This document shows, in pieces, positions 1 through 13,083 of a DNA stretch of 64,000 nucleotides (position 1 is its first letter; the number at the start of each line of letters is the position of its first letter). A program made the translations under genes and the position numbers. The notes under the pieces are model-generated. The model was given only the letters and a program-made list of their open reading frames with translations, searched no databases and had not been told where the DNA came from. The stretch comes from Syncephalis fuscata S228 (lineage: Eukaryota; Fungi; Zoopagomycota): positions 1 through 64,000 of the forward strand of contig JAHLTZ010000066.1 of the NCBI GenBank assembly GCA_025786725.1. The letters run 5' to 3'.

Positions 1-1268
1 GTCATATTTGGAGATATACACGAGGTATGCATGCTAAAACACGAAAATAAGTGAAACGATATAAACTCCTATATAGCTGGGATGTAATTTAATCATTGGC
101 CAAAATGGTATGCGTGTGGTTTCAGTTAAGCCCCCGATCAAGTTATTCCAAAAAAAGCTAATTGAATTGCTTTATATGGTGTAGCGGACAATCTTTGCTA
201 TCTTTTGAGAATTACAAAATGGCATTGACAATTCAAAAAGTTTTAAAACAATGCGCTGGTGCGTTTAGTACAATCTCGTGATTGTAACTGCTAAATTAAC
301 TGTTGATATCTAGATGCCGATGTTTAAACTAATAGACGTTACAAATCATTAGCGCCAAAATTTAAAATGTCATATTATTGCTTTTATTTGATATGAACTG
401 ATAAAAATGGAAATATGGATTTTCGTTTTACAAACTAGATTGAAGCACTGTTGGATGGAAGCTAGATGTTAAACGATCTAGCTATATGATTAATATATTC
501 ATATAATTAATAGCATTCTACTATTTAATGTAACGAATGGTATTATAACTAAATGTCTTATTTAATTATATATTTAACCAAATTTTACTTCTGCTCTCTC
601 AGCCAATTATCGACACCATTGCTATAAACATTTGAACGCTAATCACAGCTTCAACTGTGAATGTAAATGCAAATATTTAAAACTGCGTTTAGCATTGTAA
701 CCATTCGCTGTTAACTGCTACTCTAGCATTACTTGATAAGCCAAAGTCTAATATATACCTTTATATCTACTATATATTATGTAATAAAGTGTGTTGATAT
801 ATTGCTAGCAAACATTATTACAATATAGTATCCAGTGCTTGGGCCAATTAATAGCAATATATCATTAACTTCAAAGTAATAATATTTAAAATATATTTAT
901 ACGCCATGCACTCTAGACCATTATATGTAAAGTGTATTTTATCAATAAACATTAAAAACTGAATGCATAAGCTAATTAAAATCACAATCATGATTTTTAT
1001 ATGTTTTGCATACAAGTATAATAACAATTGTTGTTTACTTCAACTTCAATTTATTTTGTATTGAAATAAGACATACTGCTTTATAGCTAAAAATATACAC
1101 ATGATGTTATACATCCAGCTAATTAGCTACATAGTAAATGGATGTATTATATTTATACAGCTTTATTGTATAAAAATGCTACTCCCAAACATTCACACGA
1201 TGTAATTGATTACTATTAGAAGATGGTAAGACTAAAACTATTTATATGGGAAACTGCTAGCTGCACGT

Positions 1269-2533
1269 GTGACTACAGCAGCGTGTATTGCTGCAGCTGG
1301 TGGACGGTTTATTTCGGCCAAAAATGGAGCAAAGGCGCTTATCATTTACATTCTATTCTTTTCTTTCGCACTTACTACGTTTGTCTATATGTTATCTATG
1401 GAAATGGATCTTACAGAAAGCATTAGAATTAAAGTGGAAGAGATGCGCGCCCAGCGCCAGCAGAGATACGATGCTTCATGTAAGACGCTGGAAGCTGAGC
1501 TACGCCGCAGAACGTTACAAGCCAGCCAATTTTACAAAACATTTGAGCAAGCTATTACGCAATATCAATCAGTTATATCATTGGCATTGGAACAGCCATA
1601 CCACGGCAACATTAAAACAGATTGCGACAAACACAAATCGATAGCTAACTCACTGGAACCAACATGCGATACAGCCAGTGCTAAAGATAGCATAGCCATT
1701 ACAGACTTGGATAGTACATCTGAGCAGCAAACCTCTACACTTGCCCTTAACGATCCCATTGTACCTATTGAATTCCCTATTATATCATCTTCACTGGAGT
1801 CTCCTATTTGCTTTTCACCTCTTCTCGACGATACTTCATCCGATTTAACGCAGTAGAAGCAATGAGCTTATCAGAGTCATCTGATGCAGCAACAAAACTA
1901 CAATCCAATCAGCATCTATCCGCATTGCCTGTTTCACCCAGCAATACTAACAATAGCAGCTGTCAGTATGAGCCGTCTTCTATAGCTGATACATCGGTAG
2001 AAGCACTGGCCATTACCAAGGATACTGTGCTTTTAGCCCGACAAAAGTCTTATCGATTAGGCAAGGAACACGAACAGGCACAACAGCTAGTACATAAAAC
2101 AAAACAAGCAATGCGTATGTTGCGACGAGAATTCCAACACGAGTTACGAGAGCTAGATCGATTAGAACAGCGATTATGCAATATTAGCAACGCTTATGAG
2201 ATTGCTCAAAAGCAAGACTTAACCGCCTGTTTAGAAGATGCTTTGTCGCATACCAGTACAGATGGAAGGAAATACAATGATATAACATTAACAAAATTAA
2301 ATAAAAAACGCAGCTTTCTATCAATAGCTGAGATAGAAGCTAAAGATACCGCAGACGATGCTATTCATTCAGCATCGTCATTACCGCCGGCCAAGCGATC
2401 TCGATCCGCTTCAACACTTAGTTACTCCGTACTAACGGCTATGGCCACAGTACCCACACTTTTGCTAGTAGCACTGAATGGATCTAACATCTACACCACA
2501 CTAGTAGAGAGGCTTTCACCTTTATTGCTTTAG
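1269..2533 (+). CDS. Hypothetical protein with coiled-coil segments and a C-terminal hydrophobic tail; probably one gene broken by a frameshift near 1808-1856
   Basis: Overlapping ORFs 1269..1856 and 1808..2533 have similar Ser-rich composition. Heptad-like segments (IRIKVEEMRAQRQQRY; EFQHELRELDRLEQRL) and a hydrophobic C-terminus (SVLTAMATVPTLLLVAL). Start uncertain; first in-frame ATG is at 1389. Confidence 0.45.
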
Positions 2534-2779
2534 ATGCAATACCATCACGTGATTTGTTCGCTAAACCATTCTACTCAGCTGCTGCCCATTAATGTAATTT
2601 TCTCACGCACACACACAGGCTTATTGTTAATAAAAGGTGCCCCAATTAACTCCAGCTTTTATCGCTGCGCCTTTACTTTTTCAATTTCACGGTTTGCTGC
2701 CACTAAAAAGACGTCTACGTGCCTAGCCAATATACTTTACTTGATCTCATTCGCTGTCTAGCCATTGTCGATATCTACC

Positions 2780-5768
2780 ATGACGCTTAATCCCATTTCT
2801 ACCGACCCAAAATGTATGTGGCGTCCAGCCAATTCAGACAACACGGAAATTGCTCGCTTTCGGCAATATGTTAACGAGCGTTACCAGCTTCAACTAAGTA
2901 AGTGTTATTATCGCTGTACTATATATGAGAATGCCGTTGCTAACGTAGTGATTTCACACGTCTAGACGACTACCAACAGCTGTACGACTGGTCCTGCGAC
3001 CGTATTGCTGATTTCTGGTCGGCTGTATGGGACTACGTTGGCGTTGTTGCGTCAGAGCCTTATACTCGTGTTATTGACGAAACAGTGCCTATGGACGAGA
3101 TTCCCGTGTGGTTTGAAGGTGCCCGCATGAACTACGCCGAGAATCTATTAAGACGTGGTGACGACAAACATGTGGCCATTGTTGCCACTGGTGAACAACA
3201 AGCGCGTCGATCGATAACCTACCAAGAGCTGCGTGAACACGTACGTCTTATGGCGGCAGCATTCCGCAAAGCAGGTATCACAGTGGGTGATCGTATTGCT
3301 GGCTATATCCCCAACTGTGTCGAAGCAATTATTGTTATGTTGGCAGCAACAAGTATCGGTGCCATTTACAGTTCTACATCACCAGATTTTGGTACTGTGG
3401 TAAGTACTTGATTATAGTGTTATTTTTATCCATATTACTAATCAATTATTATATTACATATTACTATTTATTTATTACTATTTATTACTATTCTTTAGGG
3501 TGTACTTGATCGATTTAATCAAATTCGTCCCAAGATTCTATTCTCGGTCAATGCAATTGTTTATAATGGCAAGGTACACGACCATTTAGGCAAATTAAAG
3601 GCGGTTGTTGAAGGTAACTAGTTTATACATATATATATAGGTATATATATTATATATAAATGTTATTAATGATTTGACAGGACTGGATGGATTGGAAAAG
3701 GTGGTCATTATTCCATTTGTATCGCAATATACATGTGATACATCTGTAATTCCTAAAAGGTAATTGTTTATAATAGTTACTACAAACTATTGCTCATTAT
3801 TGTATTAACGTGACTATTATACAGTATGATGTTGGATGAGTTTATTCAACCAGCCGATACTACACCATTAACGTTTGAACAACTCCCATTCAATCATCCA
3901 ATTTATATTTTGTATTCATCTGGCACCACTGGTAGGATTTAATATATTATTATAACATTAGCCACTAATATATTATAATAACTTAAACAGGTCTACCAAA
4001 ATGCTTGGTTCATTCAGCTGGTGTAAGTTATTTACTAGTTTATAGTCTAATTGTTATTTACTTTCTTGCTATTAGGGAATGTTACTACAACATCAAAAAG
4101 AACATATCATTCATGGTGGCATGACAAGCGATGACGTTTTCCTCCAGTATACAACAGTAAGTGTTTAACACGTAATAAGTCATTAAATTGCTAATATGCT
4201 TTCTATAGACGGGCTGGATGATGTGGAACTGGCTAGTGGCTGGTCTAGCAACCGGTTGTACCATTGTTCTATATGACGGCTCGCCTTTCAAGCCAAGTCC
4301 TGATGTTTTATGGTCATTGGCCGAGGATCTAGGGTAATAATATAGAGATACCATTGGCCATTTGTGAATTACTAATACTGACGCTTGCTGTATTTAGTGT
4401 CACTATGTTTGGTACATCAGCCAAGTATATTCAGGCACTACAGGATGCAAATACTATCCAGGCACGCTATTGGAACAATAAATATACAATAACAATACTA
4501 ATTAATTACTCCAAATAACAGGCAAACAACACAAGCTGGATCGTCTTCGCTCTATCTTCTCGACTGGCTCTCCACTGTCACCAGAAAGCTTTGAATTTGT
4601 TTATAGAGATATTAAATCCGATCTATGCTTAGCTCAATTACCGGCGGCACGGATATTTGCTCTACCTTTGCTACTGGCTGCAATGCATTGCCAGTCTACC
4701 GAGGAGAGATCCAATGTCGCGCCCTTGGTATGAGCATTCAAGCATGGGCTGGTCAAGGTAACGTAATGTGTATTTTTCAACATTATATTGAATGTAAATT
4801 TACTTATTTATTATATAATTACGTTATTTAGATAAGCCAGTCTTTGGTCAAAGTGGCGATCTTGTCTGTACACGGCCATTCCCGTGTATGCCAGTCAAGT
4901 TCTGGAACGATAAGAACAACATGAAATACCGTGCAGCCTATTTTGATGTCTATCCAGGTAATTGGCCAATGTTTAAGCAATTATAGCTATATATTAATAC
5001 TCAAACTTTTTATTTCTGTTAATAAATAGGTATTTGGTATCATGGTGACTTTATCTGGATTAGTCCAGTTACCGGTGGTATTGTAATGTTGGGACGCAGG
5101 TAAATAGCTATTAACAATATAGAGCCACAGTACTAATGCTAGTACGATCTAGTGATGGTACACTGAATCCAGCTGGTGTACGATTTGGCAGCGCAGAACT
5201 ATATAACATCGGTGGGTGTATATGTAAATAGATGATAAAACAATCAATACTGATATACGATGATAGTCGACACCTTTTTGGAGGTTGAGGACAGTTTAGC
5301 AGTAAGTGGCCATTATATCATGCTTTATTACTAATCTATGATTTATAGGTGGGTCAGAAGATGGGCGATGATGAGCGAGTCTGTCTATTTCTTAAAATGA
5401 ATCAAGGCCATACAATGACTAAAGAGCTGATCGATCGTCTTACGGCCGATATCCGCCGTCAATTAAGTCCACGCCATGTACCAGCCGTTATTCTATCGGT
5501 AGCCGATATACCGGTATGAGACACTCTATATACAATATTGGTAATACTAACCTATATTTATATTTATATTTATATATACATATCATACTAGTATACGGTT
5601 AATGGCAAAAAGGTGGAGATTGCTATTAAACGCATCATATCCAACATACCATACACGCCTAGCGGTACATTGGCCAATCCAGAATGTCTTGATCTATACC
5701 GTAACCTGCCTGAATTGAAATTACCTGAGGAACTTATCGCCAGCGTTGGAGGCAAGTCGAAGCTTTAG
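2780..5768 (+). CDS. AACS: Acetoacetyl-CoA synthetase (acetoacetate-CoA ligase), about 15 introns, C-terminal PTS1
   Basis: Spliced translation gives [31 protein letters not shown]-binding [59 protein letters not shown] and [11 protein letters not shown]. Ends ...GGKSKL*. Confidence 0.95.
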
Positions 5769-6640
5769 TAATCGTGTTACTGATTGCTTATCTAACCACG
5801 ACCGCATTATTATCGCCATCATCTTCGATATGTTTTTAAATCCCTCTCTTCCTCTCTCTCTCTTTTAACTAACTATATACATATGTATATACGTGCACAC
5901 ATTTAAATCGCTTTACAACTGGTTAGCAAATTGGCCCACCGCGTAACGTTATCAATGGCATCGCATTATTGTCCGCCATAAGTATAAGGACTATCATATT
6001 CTATGGTGGTAATGCTAATATGAGAATAAAAACTCTTTTTATTAATTTAAATAATGAATATAATATACAATGCTATTGACTAACAAGTTTTAATGAATAA
6101 TAGATAATAAAGTGTAGTTCAAAGGAAAAGGTAAAAGGTAATATTGTTGTTATGTGGCCACAATAATAATAATAACAATCATCCGTCATATGGAATAGGA
6201 TATGATTATGATTATTATTATATTACATTATCTTTAATCACTATATAACAACAATAATAATAAAAATAAGAACGCTAATAGTAATGCCAATTACATTCAT
6301 TGTTCTACGATCGTTATCACTGAAATGATTATCCACGACAAAAGGCAAAATACAGAAATACAGTTAATAGTTGTGCGTGTGTGCATGTTAATAAATAGAT
6401 GTGTATACACGTTATCCTTTAAGAATAAAGTGTAATCATCCACTGATAACAAACAAACGAGTAAACAGTGAAACGAATGAACACGACAAAGAATTGTAAA
6501 AAGAGAGAAAAAAGGAAATCACAAATAAAATGCATCATTATGAGATTGCGCGCGCTACCTGTCATCGTATCTTGTACTAGATTCATTTTTGCTATGAATA
6601 TTTTGTTATTCTCAATAGATAACAATATTGACAACATTAG

Positions 6641-8960
6641 TTATTTGGCTAAAACACGACGACTATAGAATTTCTGAGTTAGGTTCATCGTATCTTCATC
6701 GCATGCTTCACAAGGTGTACGCGGTGAAGCAATAGGTGATAATTGTGACTCGGCGATGTCTTCAATCACCGTTGATAAAGCACGTGCATGCTGTGCTGAT
6801 ACCGAACGCCAAATTGAATTTCTACGCTCTCGACTAGAGGGACCGGCTATTCCAGCCACACCATTGGCTGTTGCCGTAGCCGTTCCCATTTGTAGATTGC
6901 CGCTGTTGTTGTTGTTATTGCTAAATAAACCAAATGATTTCAAATCTTTGTTATTAGCTGTGGCACCTGCTGTAGTAATTGACATTAATGATGGGCTATT
7001 TTCTGTAGTTAGACCAATTAATGCAGCTGTATTTGTGCCACCACTAGACTTTGCAATCATTTTGTATTGTTAGTTTTGCGTAATTCTTCCGTCCTTGCCA
7101 CCTCTTCTTCTTCTTCTTCCTCGCCTGGATATTGGCGTGATAGTCCAAGCTTTCGTTCAAATTCTACCAGCTGATAAACAGTGACATATTGGGACTAATG
7201 GCTGCACTTCGTTCTTTTACATAAGCATATGCTTCATGAAGCGGCATGCTTTGATTACGCATCACATAGGCCAGCACTAGTGAAGCAGATCGCGATACGC
7301 CACATTGGCAGTGTACAAGCACACCTTCACCGCGTGATCGGCCCTGATCGATGAACGAAAAGGCATTTTCAAAGAATTCAACCAGATCTTCTTGATTATG
7401 GCCCCAGTTGAACTTTTTGTATCTGAATCGTTCTTCAAAAGCTCGACCAGCCATACGATTCCACGTATCACTACCGACATTGGGTCGTTTAAGTGGCTTA
7501 TCAACACCTACTACAATAGATTCATTGCCACTATTGCTACTATTACCACTATCGACCTGCCCATTGCTGCTGCTATTGCTACCCGCACTACTGTTGCCCA
7601 ATAGCGAATCTACATCAATTTCGTCGTCTAGTGGCAATGATCGTGATTGCAGCATGGGTCCAATAGACGTGGTAACACTAAGTAGATTCGGTGCAGCCAC
7701 GCCATGCCATGGATGCGCCTTAGGATGGACAAAATAGGCGCGTGGTGGCGGTGCAGGTACACTTAATCCAGGTATAATCAAATTCTGTCGTAAATCTTCG
7801 GCTGCTTTAATAGCTGCGGCTGTTCGTTCTGAACGCGGTGATAGCAGCAACATATCATCGGTATATGGAACCGGTACTTCCTTGGCTACATTTAAAATAT
7901 AGCGAATATTCAATTTGCGTAGCTGTTCTTGGTTGGCCGCATTAACTTCGGTACCAAGATATAGATTGGGTAAAATACAAACTGGCCCTTCACGGTATGG
8001 ATCATTCGCTACTAATGACTGTTCACGATGTTCTTCAGTAAATGCTGTATGTGGTCGCAGAGGTGTATCGCTATAAGAGCGGTGACGACTATCAGCGCCA
8101 GATGAGCCGCGTGGTTTAAGACTGGACAGCATACTACGGCCTATCAGCTTACATTAGTATATGCGCATTACCAACTATGTATATTGCTTACCACCAGTTA
8201 ATGGACCTCTTTCTTGTTCATCTTCAGGCATGGTTTCATCACGACGCGCCATCATCATTGACAATAGGCCTGGATGGCTGCCACCTGGCGTACCAGGTGG
8301 TGAATTGGGCGCTGAATGGTAAGAGCGATTCATAGGCACCATTAAAGATAGATTCTTGGCATTTCTTGGTCGTTTAGACATGCCACCACCCGTAGAAAGC
8401 TGCGACAATGAAGGTGTGGGCCGAAGCGGACGACCATTACCGCCTTGTTTAACACCAGCCATATTGCTATCACTAATACCAATGGACAATTTACGTAATG
8501 GCGGACCAGCCGCTGCTGTATCATTGTCATTAAGACCAGAGTTTGACGATGTTATATCGTCACGCGAGGCTGTACTAAGTGAAGGCATTGAGGACGATAG
8601 CTGCGATAGATTGGGTAGTCGTATTGATGGCGTCTCGCTTCCATTTCTACGTAAAAGTAGGCCACGGCCAATACGACCACCGCTACTTCGATCGCTAGCA
8701 TCGCCTAGCGTGCTGGTACTGATATTGCTTCTTGTTTCCAAGTCATCGAAATCATCGTCGCTAGCCTGTGTTGTCAAGATGAGCGGTGCTCGTTGACGAA
8801 AGGCCAGCGGACGTGTCATACTGCCGCTGCCGCCGCCATGACTACTGTCACTCTCATTCCCACTTGTCACAGGTATTGTTACCGGTAGACGCGACGGTGG
8901 AGCAGCAGGAGCCAAGGCCACCGACGTGTCCATAGGCGAATCAATCGCCATTTTCTCCAT
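6641..8960 (-). CDS. Dual-specificity MAP kinase phosphatase, Msg5/Pmp1/Cpp1 type
   Basis: GPVCILPNLYLG, ILNVAKEV, active site VLVHCQCGVSRS, AYAYVKERSAAISPNMSL. N-terminal docking motif RNAKNLSL. Intron 8141-8191; a frameshift near 7165 appears to link to the 6641..7060 ORF. Confidence 0.88.
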
Positions 8961-10549
8961 GCCCGTACAATAATCGTTGCTCGGCTGTATATTGAGCAAC
9001 GCTTCAGCAATACACCACCTTAATATAAATAAATATATATACTAGCTACACGAAGCCGGTCGTTAAACAGAATAAAGATAGAAAAGCTGGCTTATCCCAC
9101 TAAGTAGAACACTATGCGAGTGATTTTAAGATGTAAAATAATGCACACACAGAAATACGGTGGGAGTAGGTGGTTGGTTTAAAAGATGACAGAAAGGTTT
9201 ACTAGAAACAACGATGTGATGGCGATGATAGTAGTAGTGGAAGTAAAAGTAAGCAGTGGCGGCAATAGATAACTAAATAACCGCAATAATAATAAGTAAA
9301 AGTGGTAGGAGAGTAGTAGTAGTAGTAGTACACTATATCAAGTGTAGTCACCAGGATGTTGTTATAGAGCAAAGAGAGAACAAAGGGGAAGAATCGTGAA
9401 TGTGAGCAAAAATAGACTAATGAAGTGAGAACAAATACGCAGACCACACACACACGCGCGCAACACAATAACACTCGAGCTATGACGAGCATCAGATAGA
9501 GATGTTAAGAATAAAGAGCAATAATACAATATAATGGCTATGATTAGAACAATAGTAGTAACAATACAATAACAATAATGATGGTAATTATTCTATAGAA
9601 CCATTAATGCTACTTTTACACTCTATTATACATTGATCCATTTCCATCCTATTATTTTTCACTAATTAATTTTTATTTACTCCGTTTTAAACTTGACCAT
9701 TGTCCCACCCACCCGATTTCTTTACTGACGACCATGCGGATAGACCGGTTCCCTTATTCCACATGCCCATACTCTATCTATTTATTCATGAACACGTGAT
9801 GTATATATGTATGTATGTATGTATATGTGAGCGTGAGTGTGCGTCTATATCCCATATGCTTTTAATGATAAAATTCTAAGAAATCATGATCATAAGCAAT
9901 CACACCACGCTGTTGTGGCACGGCTGTGTCGCTTGTCATTTTCTATATTGGTTGATGGCTGTTAAAGGCTTGGGAGTCTTGTTGTGGATAGAGCACAACA
10001 TACCATGGTGTTACATAGAATAGCACAGTCATCTTATATAGACTGCTGTGCACTATGTACATCATTTCTTGTTTACTAAAATAGATATCTATATAATTAA
10101 CTTTATAAATATAGAAACAAGTCATTTATTATATTTATTAATAGTTGCCAATTAATGTATCATTTTTATTAGTTACAACTGTTTTTTTATATATAGACCA
10201 ACTGCTGCTGTACAACATATGATAGCTGACTTATCTATTAATATTACATGAATTTGGCCTAATTTAACATTGCATGATACTTGTAACACTAGATATGTAT
10301 ATTTGCCATTGATTGGATCATACCCAAAGTACTAGACTGTATCGTATTGCATTAATATTATTGACAACGACTTTACACTGTTTGTTTGAAATAAATATAC
10401 TTGGTAATTTACAAATTAAAACTAATGAATTAGTACAAGTATAGAGCTATTGGAGTTTGATTTCCATATCATTTATTTCCACCATTGTCTTATTATACTC
10501 GGTGATTTACGGGCGACACTGTTCTATAATTATATTTGCTTTTATGCAA

Positions 10550-11140
10550 TTGATTTTTATTCTTTCTTTTATTCCACCATTTGAACAATTCCCCCATCTG
10601 TATTTCAGTTTGTTCATAGTATTTATATGTACAATGTCATTTGATTTATGGCTTGTATATATCATTTCATTTATTAACTAAATAAAGTAGCCATTTTACA
10701 TTAAACAATTTATTAATAATTTAATGTAATTTGGTGTTAAATAACTACATTTAATAACACTCACTCTCTTGGACATGATGATGGGTGGTGAGTGACATCA
10801 GTCATCAAATACTCGTCATTGTAGATTCGTTATCCAGTATGCATATATTCAGTACACATATACATTCTATTCACCTATATCATTCCTATTCTATTCCATA
10901 CTACCATATACTATTCTATGATACACTGACATATCTTATTCTTTATATATTTTAATAAACACTATTTACTTCACTTATTGCATTAGATGCACTATAACCT
11001 TAACATCGGTTTATATGCTTTCTTACCGCACATTTAGCATTCTATATACCATTCTATACTCGCCTAGTCTTCCTCTATCCAAAACTGCCTTTATTTTGTT
11101 CTAGCTTTATTATTTGCAAATATCGACTAATGTCGGCCAT
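10550..11140 (+). repeat. Dispersed AT-rich repeat family, subtype A, long copy
   Basis: Core GACATGATGATGGGTGGTGAGTGACATCA..AAATACTC..TAGATT..TTATCCAGTATGCATATA recurs at 57031 and 62541. Flanks match the reverse complements of 38160-38490 and 62930-63400. Confidence 0.85.
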
Positions 11141-11439
11141 CTGCTCATGCATATATGCTTAATAACTTAAACATTGCTAATCTCGTTCAATATCGCATAT
11201 TCATCACAATTATTATTATTTTATTATATATTGGCTATACGCTGTTTATAGTCATTGTCGGTATGGCTTCAACTATTTTAGCAATAAACATTAGCATATC
11301 ATACCTAGTTTGTTCACTGAGTTATATTGATATAACAAATAATATGAATATAAACAAAGTTATGTTTATTAAGTTATTTATAAATAAATAGATCATGTCA
11401 ATTAACTATATTTTAATGTTATCAAGCAAAATGACGGGT

Positions 11440-11560
11440 ATACATAGTAATAATACATACTATGATGATATGCATACTGGATAATAAATCACAATGATGA
11501 GTATTTAATGATGATGTCGCTCACCACCTACCATCATGTTTAATAAAATTATAGTCATTT
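11440..11560 (-). repeat. Dispersed repeat family, subtype A, inverted copy
   Basis: Reverse complement reads TAAACATGATGGTAGGTGGTGAGCGACATCATCATTAAATACTCATCATTGTGATTTATTATCCAGTATGCATA. Confidence 0.85.
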
Positions 11561-11901
11561 TACACCTAAACGATAGTGTGATTAAATGAGTTGATCATTT
11601 AATAAAACGCATCATCCAGTTCTATGTTCAATAGAACGAATGTCTACTTCAACTAAACAAATATTATTATTTGTAATCATTCAACTTCAAGCTATTTGAA
11701 ATAAATATACTTGGTAACTCAGTGATTTATTTAGCTATACTAACAATAATAACTATAAATAATAACAGTTTAATACAATTAACACTATATGGCTACATGT
11801 TCTATTATCACATAAAAATATTATAAAATATTTTTAACAAATTAAATGATAAATACATGCAAAACTGTTTTATTTACTAATATTATTTTAATAACAATGG
11901 A

Positions 11902-13083
11902 TTAAATATCTTTACTACTATTACTATGCTTAATAGTAGTATTCATTAAATGTTGCCGTAATTGTTGCAGTCGATTAATGGCCTGTTGTCGACGTGCTTC
12001 ACTCTGAGCATCTATTGTTTCATTACGCTTTTGCGCTTGTTCGATATCACTTCGTTGTAAGTCCAGTAATAGCTGTCGAAGTGCTTGTTCACCTTGTTTT
12101 ATTTCTGGTGGTAGAATATCATCATTATAAACATCATCGGTATAATGGTGTCCATCTAAATAGGCAACAATATCAATTGGTGTACTTTGTTGTAAAGAAT
12201 TTGTTGTTGTTGATTCAAGCAACTGAGTAAGATATCGTTCAGCTGGTGAAAGATAACTCGAAGATGGTGATGATGACTGTTCAACCCACCGTTGTCTAAA
12301 TGATTTAATCCAACTTACTGGCAGGCCGCCAATTTCATCACCTTGATCCATATGAATCAATGTAGAGGGTGGCCCCATCTCTTCTTGTATCCCCTCCACC
12401 ATTACATGATCTGTATAGTATGGTTGTTGTAAAAAGGCTCGTACGTCAGCACCATCATCAATTTCATTATTAATAAAACCTATTGGATCCAATGGACTAT
12501 TAGTGTTGCCTTTATTAAATGGAGCCTCTATTTCCATTAGCAAGTGTTGCTGTGACTCGATTGATGTTATTGGTACATTATATTCATTATTCTGCCACTG
12601 CTGCCAATCAGCACTAACAGCAGCAACATGGCCCGGTGTTGATGCCGTTTGTTCTCGCCACAATCCATTGGTGTGTGATACTGTTGAACTACCATTAAAT
12701 GATGATGTTGATGCTGATGGTCCGCCTGATATTGATTGCCTATCCTTCCAATCGATGTGTTCACTACTAAGTACGTGCTGTGGTCCTTGTTGGCGTCCAC
12801 CTGGCAAAGATGGTTTATTATCAGCTGTTTGACGATAATCAGCAAGTGACCCGGGTATCTGTTTACCACCAGCACTAGTGCCGCCCATTGTAGACTGCCA
12901 CATAGACTGTGTCGACCGCTCTAGTCGACGAGTAAAGGACGTAGTGTCATGTAAGTCGCCAGCATTATTATTTCCCTTTGAATTCACGCTATTCTCGTCT
13001 TGTATAGCGTCTTTATCAGTATAAACTGCCGGTGCCTTCCCTGCACTCTTCTCTTTCTCTTTTCCCGTTTGATTCGACGACAT
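11902..13083 (-). CDS. Hypothetical 393-aa intronless protein with an internally duplicated motif and a C-terminal helical segment
   Basis: Uninterrupted ATG-to-TAA ORF, more GC-rich than its flanks. Repeated motif DVRAFLQQPYYTDHV / DIVAYLDGHHYTDDV. Confidence 0.8.
   Translation of the reverse strand: MSSNQTGKEKEKSAGKAPAVYTDKDAIQDENSVNSKGNNNAGDLHDTTSFTRRLERSTQSMWQSTMGGTSAGGKQIPGSLADYRQTADNKPSLPGGRQQGPQHVLSSEHIDWKDRQSISGGPSASTSSFNGSSTVSHTNGLWREQTASTPGHVAAVSADWQQWQNNEYNVPITSIESQQHLLMEIEAPFNKGNTNSPLDPIGFINNEIDDGADVRAFLQQPYYTDHVMVEGIQEEMGPPSTLIHMDQGDEIGGLPVSWIKSFRQRWVEQSSSPSSSYLSPAERYLTQLLESTTTNSLQQSTPIDIVAYLDGHHYTDDVYNDDILPPEIKQGEQALRQLLLDLQRSDIEQAQKRNETIDAQSEARRQQAINRLQQLRQHLMNTTIKHSNSSKDI

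Noticed and set aside
1-400. Possible 3' remnant of a gene (GT-AG intron at 25-77; PMFKLIDV resembles a kinase subdomain VII lead-in)
   Set aside because: No sustained open frame and too little sequence to support a call.
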